A program made the position numbers and the translations under genes. The notes under the pieces are model-generated. The model had not been told where the DNA came from. It searched no databases and was given only the letters and a program-made list of their open reading frames with translations. This document shows positions 7,392 through 10,978 of a stretch of DNA of 10,978 nucleotides, piece by piece (the stretch's first letter is position 1; every line of letters begins with the position of its first letter). This DNA comes from Hormoscilla sp. (lineage in GTDB: Bacteria; Cyanobacteriota; Cyanobacteriia; Cyanobacteriales; Desertifilaceae), in contig JBFRWI010000098.1 in assembly GCA_051439505.1 (NCBI GenBank), positions 1 to 10,978 of the forward strand, given 5' to 3'.

Positions 7392-10300
7392 ATGGTTGAG
7401 CGGGTGGCCGTGGCCATCTTGCACTCTCGACAGTCAACACCGGCATTGGGCCATGCGCTGGAAGCTCAACTGATGGCGATCGCCGAAATCAATGAAACCG
7501 GTGGAGTCCTGGGTCATAAGATAGAGCCGGTGATAGCAGACGGGTTTGAGCAGAAAGCCAGAAAACTAATCGCCGAAAATCAGATTACCACGATCTTCGG
7601 ATGCTCGACATCGGCCAGTCCGAAAAGCCTGCTGCCGGTGGCCGAAGAGTTTAATGCTCAACTCTGGTATCCCTTACAGTATGAAGGTCTAGAATGCTCC
7701 CCAAATATATTCTATACGGGAGCCTGTGTCAATCAACAAGTTGAACCGGCGATCGCCTGGCTGCTACAGCACCGGAGAAAACGTTTATACCTCCTGGGTT
7801 CAGACAATCTCTTCTCCCATAGGGCTAGCAAAATCATTAAATCCCAACTGCCACAGCAAGGTGGCACTGTGGTTGGCGAGGCTTACATCCCCAAAGAGGC
7901 TGTTGATTTCACTGAAACGATCGCCCATATAAAACATACCCAACCTGATGCGATCGTCAATACTTTATCGGGAGAAAATAATCGGGCATTCTATCGCCAG
8001 TATTTTGAGTCGGGGATGGCAGCGGCTGAAATTGAAATCGTGGCTTGTAATCTCTCGGCAGCGGAACTGCAAGAGATAGGTGAATATGCCCAGGGGACTT
8101 ACGTCAGTGCTAGCTATTTCTCAAGCCTAAATATACCTAGCAATCGGAAATTTGTCAATAATTTTCAGCGACGATATGGTACTAAACGAGTGATTAGTAG
8201 CGCCATGGAAGCTGCATATACCCAAATCTACCTCTGGAAGGGTGCAGTTGAATTAGCCTCCTCCTTTGAGGTCGATCGCGTGGGGGTGGCGGCCCTGGGT
8301 AGTAGCTTCCTGGCTCCCAGTGGCTTAGTCACTATCGAGGCTAATAACCATGTTGCCAGAAATAACCGCATCGGGCGGATAATGCCTACAGGAAAGGTAG
8401 AAATAGTTTTCAGCAGCGATCGCCCCATTAAACCTCTGCCCTGGTTAGGGGTTGAACAGTCCAACATCTGTACATCTGAGGTGGTGAGTGATCTGCTCGG
8501 TAATGTTTATCAGGAGATGCAGATATCTCAACAGCAAGTCCAGGAACGTACAGATGCTCTGAAAGAATCAAACGATCAATTGGTTGCGGAGATTGTTAAA
8601 CACCAGCAGGCAGAAAATGCTCTGCGGGCTGCTAAAGATCAGTTAGAGGCCGCTTTGGCAGCAGTGCCGGGAATTGTTTCGTGGATTAGTTCAGATTTAC
8701 GCTATCTGGGGGTAAATCGCCATTTAGCTAACATGTTTGGCTTGCCTCCAGAAGCTTTTGTTGGTAAAGACATTGGTTTTTTAGGTACTAGCAATGAGTT
8801 TAAGGATTTTGTCCGCTCCTTTTTCGCTAGCCCTCAACAGGAGACTTTCCGAGAAATCTCGGCTATTGTTGGCGGCGAGCCCCGCAATTATCTGATTGTC
8901 GTTCAGAAGTACGATGGCGATCGGGCAGCTTTTACTGTTGGCATTGATATCACTGAACGCAAGCGGGCCGAAGAGGATCTGCGGGCTACTAAAGAGCAGT
9001 TAGAAGCTGTTTTGGCTGCGGTACCGGGGACGGTTTCTTGGATTAGTTCAGATTTACGCTACCTCGGGGTAAATCGCCATTTGGCTAACATGTTAGACTT
9101 GCCCCCAGCAGCTTTTGTTGGTCAAGATATTGGTTTTTTAGGCACTAGCAATGAGTTTAAGGAGTTTGTCCGCTCTTTTTTCGCTAGCCCTCAACAGGAG
9201 ACTTTCCGAGAGATATCCGCTGTTGTCAAGGGCGAAGAGCGCAATTCTTTGATTGTCGCTCAGAAATACGATGGCGATCGGGCCGTTTTCACCATTGGCA
9301 TTGATATCACCGATCGCAAGCGGGCCGAGTCGGATCTGCGACAGGCGGAAGCGAGATATCGCAATCTGTTTGAAAATACAGTTGAAGGGATCTTCCAAAC
9401 TACGCCTGATGGTCATTATCTGAGTGCTAACCCAGCTTTGGCTCGGATCTATGGCTATGAGTCCCCTGAAGAACTGATGGCAAATATTACCAACATCCAA
9501 GATCAACTTTACCTTGACCCCGATCGTCGCTCGGAATTCATCCAATTGCTACAGTCAGGTGATGGGGTGATGAGTTTTGAGTCGCAAATCAATCACCAGG
9601 ACGGTCGGCTGACTTGGATCTCGGAAAATGCTCGTGCGGTGCGCGATGACAATGGCAATTTGCTTTACTATGAAGGAACTGTTGAAGACATTACAGAACG
9701 CAAGCAGGCAGAGTTGGCTTTGCAAAGAGCTAATGAGGAGTTAGAAATTAGAGTTCAGGATCGGACGGCAGATCTCAAGAAGTTAAATGAGCAGTTACTC
9801 CTGGAAATTGCCGAACGCCACCGCATGGAAGCGGCCCTGCGGGTCTCGGAAGCGGAACTTCGGGCTCTGTTTGCCGCTATGACTGACATCATTACTGTCT
9901 TTGATGCTAGCGGACGCTATATCAAAATTGTCTCGACTAATTCTGAGGTTTTGCATAGTCCCAAGGCTGAACGTTTAGGTAAGACTGTCTATGAGGTTTT
10001 GCCTCCCGAACAAGCTGACTTCTTTGTTAGCAATATCCAGCATGTCTTGAATACAGGGGAAACGGTAAATTTAGAATACAGCTTACTGATTGAAGACAGT
10101 CAAGGGAATTATTCCCGCCATCGAATAGCAAAATCAACAAGCTCCCATTCCCAGGAAGTGTGGTTTTCGGCTAGCGTTTCACCGATGCCTGACAATTGCG
10201 TGATTTGGGTGGCGCGTAATATTACAGAGCGTAAGCGGATGATAGATGCCATGCAGGAGGCGGAGGAGAAGTACCGCAGCATCTTTGAGAATGCGGCGGA

Positions 10301-10978
10301 AGGCATTTATCAGTCTACACCGGACGGGCCCTATCTGAGTGTCAATCCTGCCCTAGCAAGGATGTTTGGCTATTCGGAGCCAGAGGAACTGATGTCTCAC
10401 CTGACTAATGTCGAACAGCAACTATATGTAGACCATTCCCGGAGGATGGAATTTATTACGGCTTTGGAACAAGATGATGCGGTGTCCCATTTTGAATCTC
10501 AGGTCTATCGTCAAGATGGTAGCATTATCTGGACTTCTGAGAATGCTCGTACTGTTCGCGACGAGCAAGGAAAACTGCTTTACTATGAAGGCACTGTTGA
10601 AGATATCACTGAGCGCAAGCGCGCCGAAGAGGCTTTGCTGGCAGAACAGGAAAAGTCCGATCGCTTGTTACTCAATATTTTACCCCATCCGATCGCCCAA
10701 CGATTAAAGCAAGACCAACATTCTATTGCGGAGCGCTTTGATGACGTAACTATTCTGTTTGCGGACATTGTTGACTTTACTGGTCTTTCTGCCCATATCT
10801 CTCCTACAAGATTGGTTAAACAACTCAATGAAATATTCTCTGCCTTCGACCAACTGGCTCTCGACCATGGTTTGGAGAAAATTAAGACTATTGGAGATGC
10901 CTATATGGTCGCAGGCGGTCTCCCTACCCCCAGGCCAGACCACCCACAGGCGATCGCCCAAATGGCCTTGGACATGCA
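7392..10978 (+). CDS. Multi-sensor class III adenylate cyclase: UrtA/AmiC-like substrate-binding domain, 5 PAS domains and cyclase domain (3'-truncated by the window edge)
   Basis: By manual translation, frame 3 is open from 7158 to the window end. In-frame ATGs occur at 7290, 7293, 7311 and 7392; homology starts after 7392. UrtA-like region ~7392-8450 (MAIAEINETGGVLGHKIEPV, LWYPLQYEGLECSPNIFYTGA, NQQVEPAIAWLL, MEAAYTQIYLWK, PIKPLPW). Five PAS/PAC units end in (D/N)IT(E/D)RK. Cyclase motifs: LLNILP, VTILFADIVDFT and LEKIKTIGDAYMVAGGLP. Confidence 0.93.
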   Translation, partial: MVERVAVAILHSRQSTPALGHALEAQLMAIAEINETGGVLGHKIEPVIADGFEQKARKLIAENQITTIFGCSTSASPKSLLPVAEEFNAQLWYPLQYEGLECSPNIFYTGACVNQQVEPAIAWLLQHRRKRLYLLGSDNLFSHRASKIIKSQLPQQGGTVVGEAYIPKEAVDFTETIAHIKHTQPDAIVNTLSGENNRAFYRQYFESGMAAAEIEIVACNLSAAELQEIGEYAQGTYVSASYFSSLNIPSNRKFVNNFQRRYGTKRVISSAMEAAYTQIYLWKGAVELASSFEVDRVGVAALGSSFLAPSGLVTIEANNHVARNNRIGRIMPTGKVEIVFSSDRPIKPLPWLGVEQSNICTSEVVSDLLGNVYQEMQISQQQVQERTDALKESNDQLVAEIVKHQQAENALRAAKDQLEAALAAVPGIVSWISSDLRYLGVNRHLANMFGLPPEAFVGKDIGFLGTSNEFKDFVRSFFASPQQETFREISAIVGGEPRNYLIVVQKYDGDRAAFTVGIDITERKRAEEDLRATKEQLEAVLAAVPGTVSWISSDLRYLGVNRHLANMLDLPPAAFVGQDIGFLGTSNEFKEFVRSFFASPQQETFREISAVVKGEERNSLIVAQKYDGDRAVFTIGIDITDRKRAESDLRQAEARYRNLFENTVEGIFQTTPDGHYLSANPALARIYGYESPEELMANITNIQDQLYLDPDRRSEFIQLLQSGDGVMSFESQINHQDGRLTWISENARAVRDDNGNLLYYEGTVEDITERKQAELALQRANEELEIRVQDRTADLKKLNEQLLLEIAERHRMEAALRVSEAELRALFAAMTDIITVFDASGRYIKIVSTNSEVLHSPKAERLGKTVYEVLPPEQADFFVSNIQHVLNTGETVNLEYSLLIEDSQGNYSRHRIAKSTSSHSQEVWFSASVSPMPDNCVIWVARNITERKRMIDAMQEAEEKYRSIFENAAEGIYQSTPDGPYLSVNPALARMFGYSEPEELMSHLTNVEQQLYVDHSRRMEFITALEQDDAVSHFESQVYRQDGSIIWTSENARTVRDEQGKLLYYEGTVEDITERKRAEEALLAEQEKSDRLLLNILPHPIAQRLKQDQHSIAERFDDVTILFADIVDFTGLSAHISPTRLVKQLNEIFSAFDQLALDHGLEKIKTIGDAYMVAGGLPTPRPDHPQAIAQMALDM
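8622..9335 (+). repeat. In-frame 357-bp tandem duplication (two PAS domains)
   Basis: Units 8622-8978 and 8979-9335 each encode 119 aa. I count 18 amino-acid differences (~85% identity), with long identical DNA runs such as TGGATTAGTTCAGATTTACGCTA and TTCGCTAGCCCTCAACAGGAGACTTTCCGAGA. Confidence 0.95.

Larger units (their letters stand above)
37..10957. repeat. HIP1 octamers (GCGATCGC), dispersed
   Basis: Perfect copies start at 37, 1801, 2214, 2279, 2527, 2690, 3484, 6619, 6694, 6791, 7476, 7749, 8416 and 10950, plus many CGATCG cores. Fewer than one is expected by chance. This is a known cyanobacterial signature. Confidence 0.95.

Noticed and set aside
8622..9335. Repeat considered as a CRISPR array or mobile element
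   Set aside because: It is an in-frame protein domain duplication with no spacers, terminal repeats or transposase.
7726..10961. Short ORF-track entries within the right third of the window
   Set aside because: They are alternative-frame or antisense shadows of the long cyclase ORF that the track omitted.

Overview
Cyanobacterial genomic DNA: I count 14 perfect HIP1 GCGATCGC octamers. The left part is a cell-surface polysaccharide-type region. It holds the 3' end of a possible sulfotransferase, a divergent GT2/GT4 glycosyltransferase pair, and a ~1320-aa exported GH2-like glycoside hydrolase whose acid/base Glu appears to be replaced. The right part is a >1190-aa ORF absent from the ORF track because it runs off the window. 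It encodes a soluble UrtA/AmiC-like ligand-binding domain, five PAS domains (two from a 357-bp tandem duplication) and a class III adenylate cyclase. Upstream of it lie two adjacent GTA-N8-TAC (NtcA-type) boxes and a TATAAT, suggesting a nitrogen-regulated, small-molecule-sensing cAMP module. The GT2/GT4 spacer carries a 17-bp inverted repeat covering the GT2 ribosome-binding site and start, plus predicted RNA hairpins. All calls come from reading the sequence by eye; no searches were run.
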